From Oscillospiraceae bacterium (GTDB lineage: Bacteria; Bacillota; Clostridia; Oscillospirales; Acutalibacteraceae), in contig SVOA01000005.1 of NCBI GenBank assembly GCA_015066635.1, forward strand, positions 2,057 to 66,056: DNA of 64,000 nucleotides. Reading direction: 5' to 3'. Position numbers and translations under genes: made by a program. Numbering within the stretch: position 1 is the first letter of the stretch; every line of letters begins with the position of its first letter. The notes below the pieces were generated by a model that was given only the letters and a program-made list of their open reading frames with translations, ran no database searches and had not been told where the DNA came from. Positions 9,418-20,228 of the stretch are shown piece after piece.

Positions 9418-10905
9418 TTATTTTTCAAAGTACCCGAGTCTGTCCATATTTGTTATTATCTGAGCAATCTCGCATCTCAGAGCATTGTCCTTGGGAGCGA
9501 GAGTGAATTTGTTTTTGCCGGCAATAATTTTATTCTGAACGCACCATGCGACGCTGACCTCGGCAAAATTGCTGACATTACCGCGGTCGTCAAACTTGCG
9601 CAGTACAAAATTGGGTGTGCCGTGCAGAGCAGTTTCCTTATCAATATAGGTCAGATAACGGTAAAGAATAGCGCAGACCTGCTCTCTCGTTATCGGGTCG
9701 CCTACTCCGAAGCGCCCGTCCTCATAACCGTTTATAATGCCTTCCTGCAAAGCCCATGCAACCGCACGGCCGTAGTAGGAGTTTATATCGACGTCGGGAA
9801 AACGGCAGTTTGTATATGAAGCTGAATTTACGCCGTCAATATTTGCGAGTATCAGAATAAAGTCCTGCCGCTGAAGTTTATTTGCAGGTCCAAACCGTCC
9901 GTTTCCGTAACCGTTCATAAAGCCGTGCCTTACACAGTAACCGACCGCATCACGGTACCAGACATTATCGGGAACGTCGGGAAGCGGGGCATAGGCAACG
10001 CCTATCGGGATAAATTCATAGCCGTGGTTTTCGGCAAAAATTTCTGCATAAGACCCCGTGAAGCCGTATATCGTATGCAGGTTATCACAGCCGTCAAAGC
10101 TGTCCTCGGGTATTATTTCAACATCTTTGCCTATTGTTATTTCTGTAATCTTAACACAGCTTTTGAGCGTACCTTCGTTTATCTTTACGACACCGTCGGG
10201 AATTATTATCTCGGTGGCTATACTGCCGATACCCGTATAGGTGCAGTAAGGATTATAGAAAACGGTTACATCTTTAAGCGAGGTACAGCCCATAACCAAA
10301 TCGGCATTTACATCATAAACGCCGGCGGGGAAGACAAGGCTCTGAAGCGAGGTACAGTTATAGAAGGCAAGCGAGCCCAGAATACGCAGACTGTCGGGTA
10401 AAACTATCCCGTCGAGTGAGGAGCAGCCGTCAAACGCCGTTTCCCCTATCTCATCAAGCCCGTCGGGGAGTTTTATGAAATCAAGCTTGGCACAATTGTA
10501 AAATGCGTTATCGCCGATTTTACTGAGCGAATCGGGCAGTACGATTTTTTCGAGCGCAGAGCAGTTATAGAAAGCACCGATTTCAAGGATGCTTATACCT
10601 TCGGGGACAGTAATTTGCGTAATATCCGAACGGTTGTAAAAGGTAAACGGTCCCACGGTGCTGACGGGTATTCCGTCAATCTCGGCGGGAACTGTCAGTT
10701 CGGTTTCATTACCCAAATAGGAGCTGGTTTTCCAGTTTCCTCCGGTAAGCGCGGCAGTGCCGTCGGAAAGCACAGTATATTTCCACAGTCCGTCATTGCT
10801 GATAACCGCATCGCTCTCATCGAGTGCGTGCGCAGGTAATGCCGCAATCATAATAAACATAAAAGCCGCTGTCAGTACGGCAGCAGTAAACCGTTTTTTA
10901 AACAT
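9418..10905 (-). CDS. Secreted BspA-type leucine-rich-repeat protein with three C-terminal SLH domains
   Basis: N-terminal signal peptide (AAFMFIMIAALPAHA). Repeated IxxxAFxxCxxLxxIxLPDxL units (LRR_5 type). Three SLH-like modules (WYRDAVGYCVRHGFMNGYGNGRFGP; YYGRAVAWALQEGIINGYEDGRFG; FAEVSVAWCVQNKIIAG). Confidence 0.85.
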   Translation of the reverse strand: MFKKRFTAAVLTAAFMFIMIAALPAHALDESDAVISNDGLWKYTVLSDGTAALTGGNWKTSSYLGNETELTVPAEIDGIPVSTVGPFTFYNRSDITQITVPEGISILEIGAFYNCSALEKIVLPDSLSKIGDNAFYNCAKLDFIKLPDGLDEIGETAFDGCSSLDGIVLPDSLRILGSLAFYNCTSLQSLVFPAGVYDVNADLVMGCTSLKDVTVFYNPYCTYTGIGSIATEIIIPDGVVKINEGTLKSCVKITEITIGKDVEIIPEDSFDGCDNLHTIYGFTGSYAEIFAENHGYEFIPIGVAYAPLPDVPDNVWYRDAVGYCVRHGFMNGYGNGRFGPANKLQRQDFILILANIDGVNSASYTNCRFPDVDINSYYGRAVAWALQEGIINGYEDGRFGVGDPITREQVCAILYRYLTYIDKETALHGTPNFVLRKFDDRGNVSNFAEVSVAWCVQNKIIAGKNKFTLAPKDNALRCEIAQIITNMDRLGYFEK

Positions 10906-11024
10906 ACTTATCTCTTCTCAAAACTTTTCTGTCTTTCGACACTTTTCACAGCAAAATTATACTTCCGACAAAAATAAGTGTCAAGTGGCTCTTATTTTTT
11001 TCTGATTAAAATGCTTTAAAAACA

Positions 11025-11053
11025 TTGAAAAAAAGTATAAAAAGTGGTATAAA
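11025..11053 (+). promoter_or_regulatory. Candidate promoter of the iol operon (TTGAAA, 17-nt spacer, TGgTATAAA)
   Basis: Hexamers read at 11025-11030 and 11048-11053, with a TG extended -10. The AT-rich context makes this weak evidence. Confidence 0.35.
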
Positions 11054-11127
11054 TAAATTAAATATATATACTGGCGCAATAGAATCGGTCAGTTGAAAGC
11101 GATGTGTTGATTTTGGCTCTTGTAACA

Positions 11128-11952
11128 ATGAAAAAATTGCTTGACGAAGCAAGAAAAAATAAAATTGCGGTAGGCGCATTTTCCGTAGGCAATATGGAAA
11201 TGGTAATGGGCGCCGTCAAGGCGGCTGAGGAACTCAAAACGCCTATAATACTTCAAATTGCAGAGGTCAGGCTTAAAAACTCGCCTCTCGAATTGATGGG
11301 ATCTATGATGCTCGCGGCTGCGGAAAACTCAAAGGTCGATATTGCTGTGCATCTTGACCACGGACTTCGCGTTGAAACGGTGGACAAGGCTCTGAAGCTC
11401 GGCTTTACCTCGGTAATGTTTGACGGCTCTTTGCTTGAACTTGAGGACAATATAAAAACAGTAAAGTCCGTAGTTGCAAGGGCGCGTGAATACGGCGCAA
11501 CCGTTGAGGCTGAACTCGGAGTAGTAGGCGGCAACGAGGGCGAGGGCAAAAAGCACGACATTATGTGCACAAGACCTGCCGATGCGGAGCGCTTCTGCAT
11601 TGAAACGGGAGTTGACGCTCTTGCCGTTGCAATAGGAAACGCTCACGGAAACTATCCTGTTTCACCCGTTCTGCGCTTTGACGTGCTCGAGGAAATCCAT
11701 AAAAAAACCGACACGCCGCTTGTACTGCACGGAGGCACGGGAATAAGCGACGAGCAATTCCGTAAGGCAATAAAACTAGGCGTCCGCAAGGTAAATATTG
11801 CAACAGCTTCCTTTGACCGTCTTGCGGAGTATGCAAAGGCATATTGTGACTCAAAGGATAAGGCAAACTATTTTGAACTTTCCGCCGCGGAGGTGCAGGG
11901 AGTTTACGAGAATGCTAAAAAGCATATTAAAGTTTTCAGCTTTATAGATTAA
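11128..11952 (+). CDS. iolJ: Class II ketose-bisphosphate aldolase, probable 6-phospho-5-dehydro-2-deoxy-D-gluconate aldolase
   Basis: LLDEARKNKIAVGAFSVGNMEM...HLDHG...HG(N)Y...LVLHGGTG are class II FBA-family motifs. The operon context is iolCBDEAG. The start is uncertain (GTG 11104 or ATG 11128). Confidence 0.75.
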   Translation: MKKLLDEARKNKIAVGAFSVGNMEMVMGAVKAAEELKTPIILQIAEVRLKNSPLELMGSMMLAAAENSKVDIAVHLDHGLRVETVDKALKLGFTSVMFDGSLLELEDNIKTVKSVVARAREYGATVEAELGVVGGNEGEGKKHDIMCTRPADAERFCIETGVDALAVAIGNAHGNYPVSPVLRFDVLEEIHKKTDTPLVLHGGTGISDEQFRKAIKLGVRKVNIATASFDRLAEYAKAYCDSKDKANYFELSAAEVQGVYENAKKHIKVFSFID

Positions 11953-11968
11953 ATCGGGGGGATAAAAA

Positions 11969-12985
11969 ATGAAATACATTGAATTCGACAACAGCAAGGA
12001 ATTTGATTTAATACTGCTCGGCAGAGTGGCGGTTGACCTTAATCCCGTTGACTATTACTGCCCGCTTAATGAAAGCACAACCTTTAAAAGATACCTCGGC
12101 GGCTCTCCCGCAAATATTGCGGTGGGACTTGCAAGGCTCGGCAAAAAGGTTGGCTTTTTTGCACGCGTTTCCGACGACCAGTTCGGAACCTTCGTAACCG
12201 ATTTCTTTGAAAACGAGGGCATTGACACCTCGCATATCAAAAGATGTAAAAACGGAGAAAAAATCGGCCTTACCTTTACCGAAATCAAATCGGAAACCGA
12301 AAGCTCAATAGTTATGTACCGCAACGAAGCGGCAGATTTAAAGCTTGATGTTGAGGATATTGACGAGGAGTACATAAAGAGGGGCAAGGCTCTGCTTATT
12401 TCGGGTACGGCTCTTGCAGAGAGCCCGTCGAGAGAGGCGGCGCTTAAAGCTGCAGCGCTTGCAAAGAAAAATTCAATTCCGATTATTTTTGACATTGATT
12501 ACAGAGCTTATAACTGGAAAAATGACGATGAAATTGCGATTTATTATTCATCTGTCGCAAAGGATGCCGACATAATTCTCGGCTCAAGAGAGGAATACGA
12601 CCTCACTCAGAAGCTTATAAAGCAGGGTATGAACGATATTGAAACGGCAAAATACTGGCATAACCAAAATGCGAAAATTGTTATCATAAAGCACGGCAAG
12701 GAGGGCTCTACTGCATACACCGATGACGGCGAGAGCTATTCGATAAAGCCCTTCCCGATTAAGCTGCTTAAATCTTTCGGCGGCGGAGACGGTTACGCCA
12801 GCGCCTTCCTTTACGGACTGTTTGAGGGCTGGGAGATTATCGACTGTCTTGAATTCGGCTCTGCTTCGGCTTCAATGCTCGTTGCTTCTCACGCCTGCTC
12901 TCAGGATATGCCGACAGTTGACGCCGTAAAGGAATTTATTAAAAAGGAAAAAGAAGAATACGGAGAGCTTATAGCAAGAGTTTAA
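11969..12985 (+). CDS. iolC: 5-dehydro-2-deoxygluconokinase (PfkB family)
   Basis: FDLILLGRVAVDLNP...YLGGSPANIAVGLARLG...GGGDGYASAF. IolC-like length and context. Confidence 0.85.
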   Translation: MKYIEFDNSKEFDLILLGRVAVDLNPVDYYCPLNESTTFKRYLGGSPANIAVGLARLGKKVGFFARVSDDQFGTFVTDFFENEGIDTSHIKRCKNGEKIGLTFTEIKSETESSIVMYRNEAADLKLDVEDIDEEYIKRGKALLISGTALAESPSREAALKAAALAKKNSIPIIFDIDYRAYNWKNDDEIAIYYSSVAKDADIILGSREEYDLTQKLIKQGMNDIETAKYWHNQNAKIVIIKHGKEGSTAYTDDGESYSIKPFPIKLLKSFGGGDGYASAFLYGLFEGWEIIDCLEFGSASASMLVASHACSQDMPTVDAVKEFIKKEKEEYGELIARV

Positions 12986-12999
12986 TTTCTGACAGAACT

Positions 13000-13701
13000 A
13001 TGAAAGTAAAGAAGGATAAAAAACCGAAAAAGCATTTTATCAGAATAAAATGGCTGCGGCGGGTTATCTGTATTGTGCTTTGTCTGTGCATAGGCGGTGC
13101 GCTGTTCGTAGGACTTGCAAATGCATATATTATCAGCTGCTCGTCAAAATACATACTCGACCTTGATACAATCACTGACGAAAGGTTTGACTGTGTAATG
13201 GTTCTCGGTGCCCGTAAAGGCTCACCGATGCTTGACGAGCGGTTGCAGTTCGGTCTGAAGGCGTACAATACCGGTTGTACCAATCGACTGCTGATGTCGG
13301 GCGACCACGGGACTGAAAGCTACGATGAGGTCAATTTTATGAAGGGCTTCGCAGTTGATATGGGAATTCCTGCCGACAACGTGTTTATGGACCATGCGGG
13401 TTTTTCGACTTATGAGTCGATGTACCGGGCCAAAGAGGTCTTTCAGGTAAACAAGGTTCTTATAGTTACTCAGACATATCATCTGTACCGCGCCGTTTAC
13501 GATGCGAGAAAGTTAGGGCTTGACGCATACGGCTATAAGGCGGAAAATCTTTTATATCCCGCAATCAATGATGTGCGCGAAGCGGCGGCGAGAGTCAAGG
13601 ATTTTGTCTGGTGTATTTTTAAGCCCGAGCCGACATATCTCGGCGAGGCGATACCGATTTCGTCCAGCGGCGCGCTGACTGACGACAGAATTAAAAATTA
13701 A
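13000..13701 (+). CDS. SanA/YdcF-like DUF218 membrane-anchored protein
   Basis: N-terminal TM segment, then DCVMVLGA...LLMSGDHGTESYDEV...VLIVTQTYHLYRAVY, as in SanA-type DUF218 proteins. Confidence 0.7.
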   Translation: MKVKKDKKPKKHFIRIKWLRRVICIVLCLCIGGALFVGLANAYIISCSSKYILDLDTITDERFDCVMVLGARKGSPMLDERLQFGLKAYNTGCTNRLLMSGDHGTESYDEVNFMKGFAVDMGIPADNVFMDHAGFSTYESMYRAKEVFQVNKVLIVTQTYHLYRAVYDARKLGLDAYGYKAENLLYPAINDVREAAARVKDFVWCIFKPEPTYLGEAIPISSSGALTDDRIKN

Positions 13702-13704
13702 GGT

Positions 13705-14481
13705 GTGATGAAAATGTATCATAATCCGCAATTCAATGATAATAACGAAAAAATCTTATGTGAAATGGGTGGGATCAACTCCGATATGCTCATGAATATA
13801 AAGATTAAGGTTTTAAAGGCAGGAGAGAGCTTTACGGTTTGCGATAACGCAAATGAAACCGCAATTCTTTTAATGCAGGGCGACGCAGATTTCTGCTTTG
13901 AGGGGAGAAACGAAAACGCAAAAAGACGCTCTCCGTTTCTCGACAAGGCAACCGCAATTCATTTCTCAAAGGGAACAGAGGTAACGGTTAAGGCAAACGC
14001 CGACACCCGCCTTGTGATTGAGCAGACAGATAATGACAGAGATTTCGGCGTTCATTACTATACGCCAGACGACCTTATGATACAGCACTTCGGCGCTGAC
14101 CAATGGGACGGAACGGCAGACAGATTTGTACTGACGGTGTTTGATTATGAGTCTGCGCCGTATTCAAATCTTGTGCTCGGAGAGGTTTTTCATAAGCCGG
14201 GATGCTGGACGAGTTATCCGCCGCACTATCATCCTCAGCCCGAGGTTTACTACTATGAATTTGAAAAGCCGCAGGGCTTCGGCGTAGGCTTTAACGGGGA
14301 TGACTGCTATAAGGTAGAGGACGGAGGATGCCTCTGCATTACGCCTATGCACACGCATCAGCAGGCGGCGGCTCCCGGATATAAAATGTGCTATGTCTGG
14401 ATGATACGCCATCTTGACGGCGACCCGTGGAGGAAAACAAGAATAGACGCTCCGGAGCATAAATGGCTCCTTGATGAATAA
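13705..14481 (+). CDS. iolB: 5-deoxy-glucuronate isomerase
   Basis: IolB-like cupin (YPPHYHPQPEVYYYEF...HTHQQAAAPGYKMCYVWMIRH). Start ambiguous among GTG 13705, ATG 13708 and ATG 13714. Confidence 0.85.
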   Translation: MMKMYHNPQFNDNNEKILCEMGGINSDMLMNIKIKVLKAGESFTVCDNANETAILLMQGDADFCFEGRNENAKRRSPFLDKATAIHFSKGTEVTVKANADTRLVIEQTDNDRDFGVHYYTPDDLMIQHFGADQWDGTADRFVLTVFDYESAPYSNLVLGEVFHKPGCWTSYPPHYHPQPEVYYYEFEKPQGFGVGFNGDDCYKVEDGGCLCITPMHTHQQAAAPGYKMCYVWMIRHLDGDPWRKTRIDAPEHKWLLDE

Positions 14482-14502
14482 AGATTAAAATGAGGTGACG
14501 AT

Positions 14503-16419
14503 ATGGCGAAAATGACTATGGCTCAGGCGATTGTAAGATTCCTTGACAATCAGTATGTATCCTTTGACGGAAAAGAAACTAAATTCGTTGACGGAATCTT
14601 TACCGTTTTCGGACACGGAATAGTCTTGGGTCTCGGCGAGGCCCTCGACTCCGACAAGGGCGGACTTAAAGTCTATCAGGGCAAAAATGAACAGGGTATG
14701 GCTCACGTCGCCGCGTCCTTTGCAAAGATGAATAACCGCAGAAAGATTATTGCCTGCGCTTCTTCCATAGGACCCGGTTCTGCAAATATGGTTACTGCCG
14801 CCGCAACCGCAACGGTAAACCATGTTCCGCTTCTGCTTTTCCCCGCAGACGCATTTGCAACCCGTCAGCCCGACCCTGTGCTTCAGCAGTTTGAGCAGGT
14901 TAATTCTCTCGCAACAACTACAAATGACGCCTATAAGGCGGTTACAAGATATTGGGACAGAATTCAGCGCCCCGAGCAGATTATGAGCGCGTTGATTAAC
15001 GCTATGAGAGTGCTTACGGATACAGCGGAAACGGGCGCGGTAGCTATCAGCATCTGTCAGGACGTCGAGGGAGAGAGTTTTGATTATCCCGATTCGTTCT
15101 TTAAAAAGAGAGTTCATAAAATCACAAGAATTGCTCCTGCGGATGAGGAGATTGCAGACATAGCCGCAGTTGTAAAAAAGGCAAAGAAACCCCTTGTAAT
15201 CTGCGGCGGCGGTGTCAGATACTCCGAGGCGGGCGAGGAGCTTGAAAAATTCTGCGCAAAGTTCAATATACCCTTTGCCGAAACTCAGTCGGGCAAATCT
15301 GCCTGTCTGTCAAGCAATGAATATAACCTCGGCGGTCTGGGCGTTACGGGCAACTCGGCAGGTAACGACATAGCTAAAGAAGCCGACGTCATTATCGGCA
15401 TAGGCACACGCTTTTCCGATTTTACCACCGCGTCAAAATCTCTTTTCAAAGCCGACGCCGAATTCGTTACAATCAACACCTCACGTTTTGACGCCTACAA
15501 GCTTGACGCAGTCAAGGCAGTTTGCGATGCCAAACTCGGCATAACGGCCTTGGGAAATGCTCTTGAGCAGGCAGGCTATAAATCGGCATATACGTCCGAA
15601 ATCAAAGCAGCCCGTGACGGCTGGGATAAGGAAATGGAATTCCTCGCAAATTACCGTTATGACGAGAATTTCAAGCCTCTTATAGCGGCAGGGGACGAGA
15701 AAACCATTCCCGAGTTTGCCGAGAAAATCGGTACGGTAACACAGACTGCCGCAGTTGCGCTTATCAGAAAGCTTATTCCTGCCGACGCAACCTGCACGGC
15801 GGCTGCGGGCTCGCTTCCCGGAGACCTTCAGAGAATGTGGACAACCGACAGCCGTTATACCTACAATATGGAATACGGTTATTCCTGCATGGGTTATGAG
15901 ATTGCGGGTGCCCTCGGCTCAAAAATGGCTATGCCCGACAGGGAAGCCTACGCCATGTGCGGAGACGGAAGTTATCTTATGCTTCACTCCGAACTTGTTA
16001 CAAGCCTTCAGGAGCATAAAAAGATTAACGTTATGCTCTTTGACAACTCGGGCTTCGGTTGTATAAACAATCTTGAAATGTCAAACGGAATAGGAAATCT
16101 TGCTACAGAATTCCGTTTCAGAGATGATAACGGAGAGTTGCTCGGAGGACTTATCCTGATTGATTTTGCAAAATGCGCTTCGGGTTACGGCGTAAAGACC
16201 TATACCGCAAGAACCGTTGAGGAACTTGAATTTGCAATTAAAGACTCCTTAAAGCAGGAGGTTTCAACGCTGATAGACATCAAGGTTCTTCCCAAGACCA
16301 TGACAGACGGATACGGCGCATGGTGGCACGTGGGAGTTCCGAGCGTTTCAAAAAATGAAAAAGTAAACAAAGCCTTTGAGGAGAAGGAAAACAATAAAAA
16401 TAAAGCAAGGAGATACTGA
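14503..16419 (+). CDS. iolD: 3D-(3,5/4)-trihydroxycyclohexane-1,2-dione acylhydrolase (ThDP-dependent)
   Basis: 638-aa ThDP enzyme ([16 protein letters not shown]..., GDGSYLM ThDP motif). Matches IolD in length and context. Confidence 0.9.
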   Translation: MAKMTMAQAIVRFLDNQYVSFDGKETKFVDGIFTVFGHGIVLGLGEALDSDKGGLKVYQGKNEQGMAHVAASFAKMNNRRKIIACASSIGPGSANMVTAAATATVNHVPLLLFPADAFATRQPDPVLQQFEQVNSLATTTNDAYKAVTRYWDRIQRPEQIMSALINAMRVLTDTAETGAVAISICQDVEGESFDYPDSFFKKRVHKITRIAPADEEIADIAAVVKKAKKPLVICGGGVRYSEAGEELEKFCAKFNIPFAETQSGKSACLSSNEYNLGGLGVTGNSAGNDIAKEADVIIGIGTRFSDFTTASKSLFKADAEFVTINTSRFDAYKLDAVKAVCDAKLGITALGNALEQAGYKSAYTSEIKAARDGWDKEMEFLANYRYDENFKPLIAAGDEKTIPEFAEKIGTVTQTAAVALIRKLIPADATCTAAAGSLPGDLQRMWTTDSRYTYNMEYGYSCMGYEIAGALGSKMAMPDREAYAMCGDGSYLMLHSELVTSLQEHKKINVMLFDNSGFGCINNLEMSNGIGNLATEFRFRDDNGELLGGLILIDFAKCASGYGVKTYTARTVEELEFAIKDSLKQEVSTLIDIKVLPKTMTDGYGAWWHVGVPSVSKNEKVNKAFEEKENNKNKARRY

Positions 16420-16420
16420 T

Positions 16421-17314
16421 ATGCTTGATAAGAATAAGGTTAAACTCGGTATTGCGCCGATAGCGTGGACAAACGACGATATGCCCGATCTGGGCGCGGA
16501 AAACACCTTTGAGCAGTGCATTTCCGAAATGGCGCTTGCAGGCTTTACGGGCTGTGAGGTCGGCAATAAATATCCCCGTGATACGGCAGTGCTCAAAAAG
16601 GCGCTCGACCTTCGCGGTATGCAGATTTGTAACGCGTGGTTCTCGTCATTCCTTACAACAAAGCCCTACGAAGAGGTTGAGAAGGACTTTATCGAACACA
16701 TTACCTTTTTAAAGGAAATGGGAGCCAAGGTAGTCGGTATTTCCGAGCAGGGACATTCGATTCAGGGTACGGACAAGCCTATCTTTGAGGCGAAGTATAT
16801 AATGAACGACGCCGAGTGGGATATGCTCTGCACGGGCATCAACAAACTCGGTAAGGTTGCAAAGGATATGGGTATCAAGCTTTGCTTCCACCATCATATG
16901 GGCACGGTTGTTCAGACCGAGGCAGAAATCGACAGAATGATGCAGAATACCGACCCCGAGCTTTTCGGACTTTTGTTTGACTCGGGACATCTTGCATATT
17001 GCGGAGAGGACTATATGTCTGTGCTCAATAAGTACGCCGACCGTATCCGCCACGTCCATTTAAAGGATATTCGCCCCGAAATAGTACAGAAGGTTAAGGA
17101 TAATCACTGGAGCTTCCTTCAGGGTGTCAGAGCAGGCGCTTTCACGGTACCCGGAGACGGCTGTATCGACTTCAGACCGATATTTGATGTGCTTGAAAAA
17201 ACGGGCTATGAGGGTTATGTACTCGTAGAAGCCGAGCAGGACCCTGCAATAGCAAACCCGTTTGAATACGCTCTAAAGGCGAGAAAGTATATCAGGGAAA
17301 CGGCAGGACTTTAA
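16421..17314 (+). CDS. iolE: Inosose (2-keto-myo-inositol) dehydratase
   Basis: [25 protein letters not shown] is the IolE N-terminus, in a xylose-isomerase-like TIM barrel. ATG 16421 lies 1 nt after the iolD stop; the ORF-track start at 16376 overlaps iolD. Confidence 0.85.
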   Translation: MLDKNKVKLGIAPIAWTNDDMPDLGAENTFEQCISEMALAGFTGCEVGNKYPRDTAVLKKALDLRGMQICNAWFSSFLTTKPYEEVEKDFIEHITFLKEMGAKVVGISEQGHSIQGTDKPIFEAKYIMNDAEWDMLCTGINKLGKVAKDMGIKLCFHHHMGTVVQTEAEIDRMMQNTDPELFGLLFDSGHLAYCGEDYMSVLNKYADRIRHVHLKDIRPEIVQKVKDNHWSFLQGVRAGAFTVPGDGCIDFRPIFDVLEKTGYEGYVLVEAEQDPAIANPFEYALKARKYIRETAGL

Positions 17315-17358
17315 TTCGGAAGTAATTATTTGATAATATATCCAAAGGAGATAAAAAA

Positions 17359-18867
17359 ATGGCAGTAGAAAGATTAAAGTATTTTGTCAACGGAGAATTC
17401 CGTGACTCAAAGACTGATGTATGGTATGACCTTCATAACCCGTCAACGGGCGAAATCACGGGACAGGCTCCCTGCTGCACCAATGACGAGGTTTTAGAGG
17501 CTATTGCAGCTGCAAAGGCGGCATATCCGGGCTGGAGAGCGGTTCCCGCCATCAAGAGAGCGCAGATTCTTTATAAAATTCGCGACCTCATTATTGAGAA
17601 TATGGAAGAGCTCACTATGTCAGTTGCCCGTGAAAACGGCAAAGTATGGGGCGAGGCAGAGGGCGACGTTCTCAAGGCAAAGGAAGGCACGGAGCTTGCA
17701 ACTCAGGTCCCCTCGCTTATGATGGGCGAGAGTATTATGGACGCGTCAAACGGTTACGATACGGTTAAATACCGTGAGCCTCTCGGCGTATTTGCAGGTA
17801 TTGTTCCCGTTAACTTCCCTGCAATGATTCCCTTCGGTTGGATGGCTCCTACCTGTATTGCCTGCGGTAATACAATGGTGCTTAAAGCTGCTTCGCTTAC
17901 ACCGAAAACAGCTATGCTCTTTGCAAAGATTTACAAAGAGGCAGGCGTTCCCGACGGCGTTATTAACGTTGTAACCTGCTCCAGAAACGAAATCAATACA
18001 ATTCTCGACCACCCCGACGTAAAGGGTATTACCTTTGTCGGCTCGACTCCCGTAGGTCTTAAAATCTATCAGAGAGCGGCGGCGGCAGGCAAACGCTGTC
18101 AGGCGCTCTGTCAGGCAAAGAATCACGCGCTCGTTATGTCCGACTGCGCTCTTGAGAGAACTGTCGCAGGCGTTATCAATTCGGCATACGGCTGTGCAGG
18201 TCAGCGCTGCATGGCTCTTTCCTGCTGTGTGGTTGAGGAGGCTATTGCCGATAAATTCGTTGCCGAGCTTAAAAAGCAGGCAGAGAAAATTAAGGTCGGT
18301 CCTTCATGGCTTAAAGATTCCAAACTCGGACCGATTACATACGAAAAGCATTATAAGGAAGTTATCGCAGATATTGACAAGGGCGTAGCAGAGGGAGCAG
18401 AGCTTGTTCTTGACGGCAGAAACTGTGTCGTTGAAGGCTATGAGAACGGCTACTTTGTAGGCCCGACAATCTTCGATAAGGTTACCGAGGATATGACTAT
18501 CGGCAGAGACGAGGTTTTCGGACCCGTTCTTTGCATCAAGCGCTGCAAGGACTTTGAGGAAGGTCTTAAAATTATGAACAGCAACCCTTATGCAAACGGT
18601 TCGGTTATCTACACTCAGTCGGGATATTTTGCACGTCAGTTTGCAAGATACACAGACGGAGGACAGGTCGGCATCAATGTCGGCATCCCCGTTCCCGTCG
18701 GCTTCTTCCCCTTCTCGGGACACAAGCAGTCCTTCTTCGGCGACCTTCATTGCTTAGGCAAGGACGCTTACCGCTTCTTTACCGAGTCAAAGGCAGTTAC
18801 CACGCATTGGTTTGACGAGGAAGAAAAGACTTCGACCAATGTTTCTACATGGGACGGTACTATCTGA
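17359..18867 (+). CDS. iolA: CoA-acylating methylmalonate/malonate-semialdehyde dehydrogenase
   Basis: Aldehyde dehydrogenase family (FPAMIP, GQRCMA catalytic Cys region). 502 aa in iol context. Confidence 0.85.
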   Translation: MAVERLKYFVNGEFRDSKTDVWYDLHNPSTGEITGQAPCCTNDEVLEAIAAAKAAYPGWRAVPAIKRAQILYKIRDLIIENMEELTMSVARENGKVWGEAEGDVLKAKEGTELATQVPSLMMGESIMDASNGYDTVKYREPLGVFAGIVPVNFPAMIPFGWMAPTCIACGNTMVLKAASLTPKTAMLFAKIYKEAGVPDGVINVVTCSRNEINTILDHPDVKGITFVGSTPVGLKIYQRAAAAGKRCQALCQAKNHALVMSDCALERTVAGVINSAYGCAGQRCMALSCCVVEEAIADKFVAELKKQAEKIKVGPSWLKDSKLGPITYEKHYKEVIADIDKGVAEGAELVLDGRNCVVEGYENGYFVGPTIFDKVTEDMTIGRDEVFGPVLCIKRCKDFEEGLKIMNSNPYANGSVIYTQSGYFARQFARYTDGGQVGINVGIPVPVGFFPFSGHKQSFFGDLHCLGKDAYRFFTESKAVTTHWFDEEEKTSTNVSTWDGTI

Positions 18868-18977
18868 TTCTGACATATTATCCGTATTGCGCCGCGTACT
18901 TATTCCGTCCGCCTTGCTTTACGGAAAATCTGCTGAAAAAGTCAGGGATATATACTAACAATACGGAGGAAAAATAA

Positions 18978-19991
18978 ATGTTGAAAATAGGCATTATAGG
19001 TGCGGGACGCATCGGAAAGGTTCATCTCGAATCTATTTCATATCATGTTAAAAACGCGACGGTTGTCGCTGTTGCCGACCCGTTTATGAACGATGAGACA
19101 AGGACATTCATTGAGGGCTTCGGCGTTGAGAAAATCTATACCGATTACAAAAAGATTCTTGAGGACAGCGAAATAGACGCAGTTCTTGTTTGCTCGTCAA
19201 CCGATACTCACGCTTCTATTTCGATAGAGGCAATTAACGCAGGCAAGCACGTTTTCTGCGAAAAGCCCGTTGACCATTCGGTTGCTAAAATTCAGGCTGT
19301 TGCGGATGCTCTTGCGGCTCATCCCGACATCAAATTCCAGGTCGGCTTCAACCGCCGTTTTGACCACAACTTTGCCGCTATACGCAAGGCATATGACGAG
19401 GGCAAGATAGGCGAGGCGCATATACTTAAAATCACTTCACGCGACCCCGAGCCGCCGAATCCGAAGTATATAGCTGTTTCGGGCGGAATTTTCCTCGATA
19501 TGACTATTCATGATTTTGATATGGCATGCTTCCTTACAAACAGCGACGTAGAGGAACTCTATGTTAATTCGGCGGTCCTTGTTGACCCGGCTATCGGAGA
19601 GCAGGGAGATGTCGATACCGCCATTATCACTATGAAGATGGCAAACGGCGCGCTTGCCGTTATCGACAACTCAAGACGCGCGGCATACGGCTATGACCAG
19701 AGAGCGGAGCTTTTCGGCTCAAAGGGTATGGTTGCCACCTCAAATGACACTCTGTCCTCGGCAGTCATCGCTGATGCAAACGGAGTTACGGGCGAGAAAC
19801 CGCTGTTTTTCTTCCTTGAAAGATATATGGAATCCTTCTCGGAGGAAATGCGTCAGTTTGTTGACGCCTGTGAGAAGGGAACAGATGTCCCCGTAGGAAT
19901 TCACGCAGGTATGCAGTCGGTTAAAATCGGACTTGCGGCAAAGAAGAGCGTTGCCGAGCACAGACCCGTCAAGCTCTCGGAAATTCAGTAA
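18978..19991 (+). CDS. iolG: myo-inositol 2-dehydrogenase (Gfo/Idh/MocA family)
   Basis: MLKIGIIGAGRIGKVH Rossmann start, EKP motif (FCEKPV) and iol context. Confidence 0.8.
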   Translation: MLKIGIIGAGRIGKVHLESISYHVKNATVVAVADPFMNDETRTFIEGFGVEKIYTDYKKILEDSEIDAVLVCSSTDTHASISIEAINAGKHVFCEKPVDHSVAKIQAVADALAAHPDIKFQVGFNRRFDHNFAAIRKAYDEGKIGEAHILKITSRDPEPPNPKYIAVSGGIFLDMTIHDFDMACFLTNSDVEELYVNSAVLVDPAIGEQGDVDTAIITMKMANGALAVIDNSRRAAYGYDQRAELFGSKGMVATSNDTLSSAVIADANGVTGEKPLFFFLERYMESFSEEMRQFVDACEKGTDVPVGIHAGMQSVKIGLAAKKSVAEHRPVKLSEIQ

Positions 19992-20005
19992 TTTTATAAA
20001 ATATA

Positions 20006-20035
20006 AAAGAGAGCACGGTTTTGTGCTCTCTTTTA
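20006..20035 (+). terminator. Rho-independent terminator of the iol operon
   Basis: aaagagagcac-ggtttt-gtgctctcttt forms an 11-bp perfect stem followed by a T-run. Confidence 0.75.
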
Positions 20036-20169
20036 TCGTTAAAACAAATCTCCGATTTTTATCCAACGCCCGAGAGGAATACTGAATTCAAAAGAAAATG
20101 TCCCGAATACGCTTTGTACTTTTGCTGTGCTGATTTCTGATATTGTTACATATTAACACACCGAGGAAA

Positions 20170-20198
20170 TTGACTTCTTTTTCCTGAAGTTTTATAAT
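20170..20198 (+). promoter_or_regulatory. Near-consensus sigma-A promoter (TTGACT, 17-nt spacer, TATAAT) for the XRE regulator gene
   Basis: Hexamers read at 20170-20175 and 20193-20198. Confidence 0.55.
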
Positions 20199-20228
20199 AT
20201 ATCAAAATGAATTAACGAGGGAAATAAT

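Noticed and set aside
14485-15117. A 210-aa minus-strand ORF overlapping the start of iolD.
   Set aside because: It is antisense to iolD, has no RBS, is Cys/Arg/Ser-rich and would collide with a tightly packed operon.
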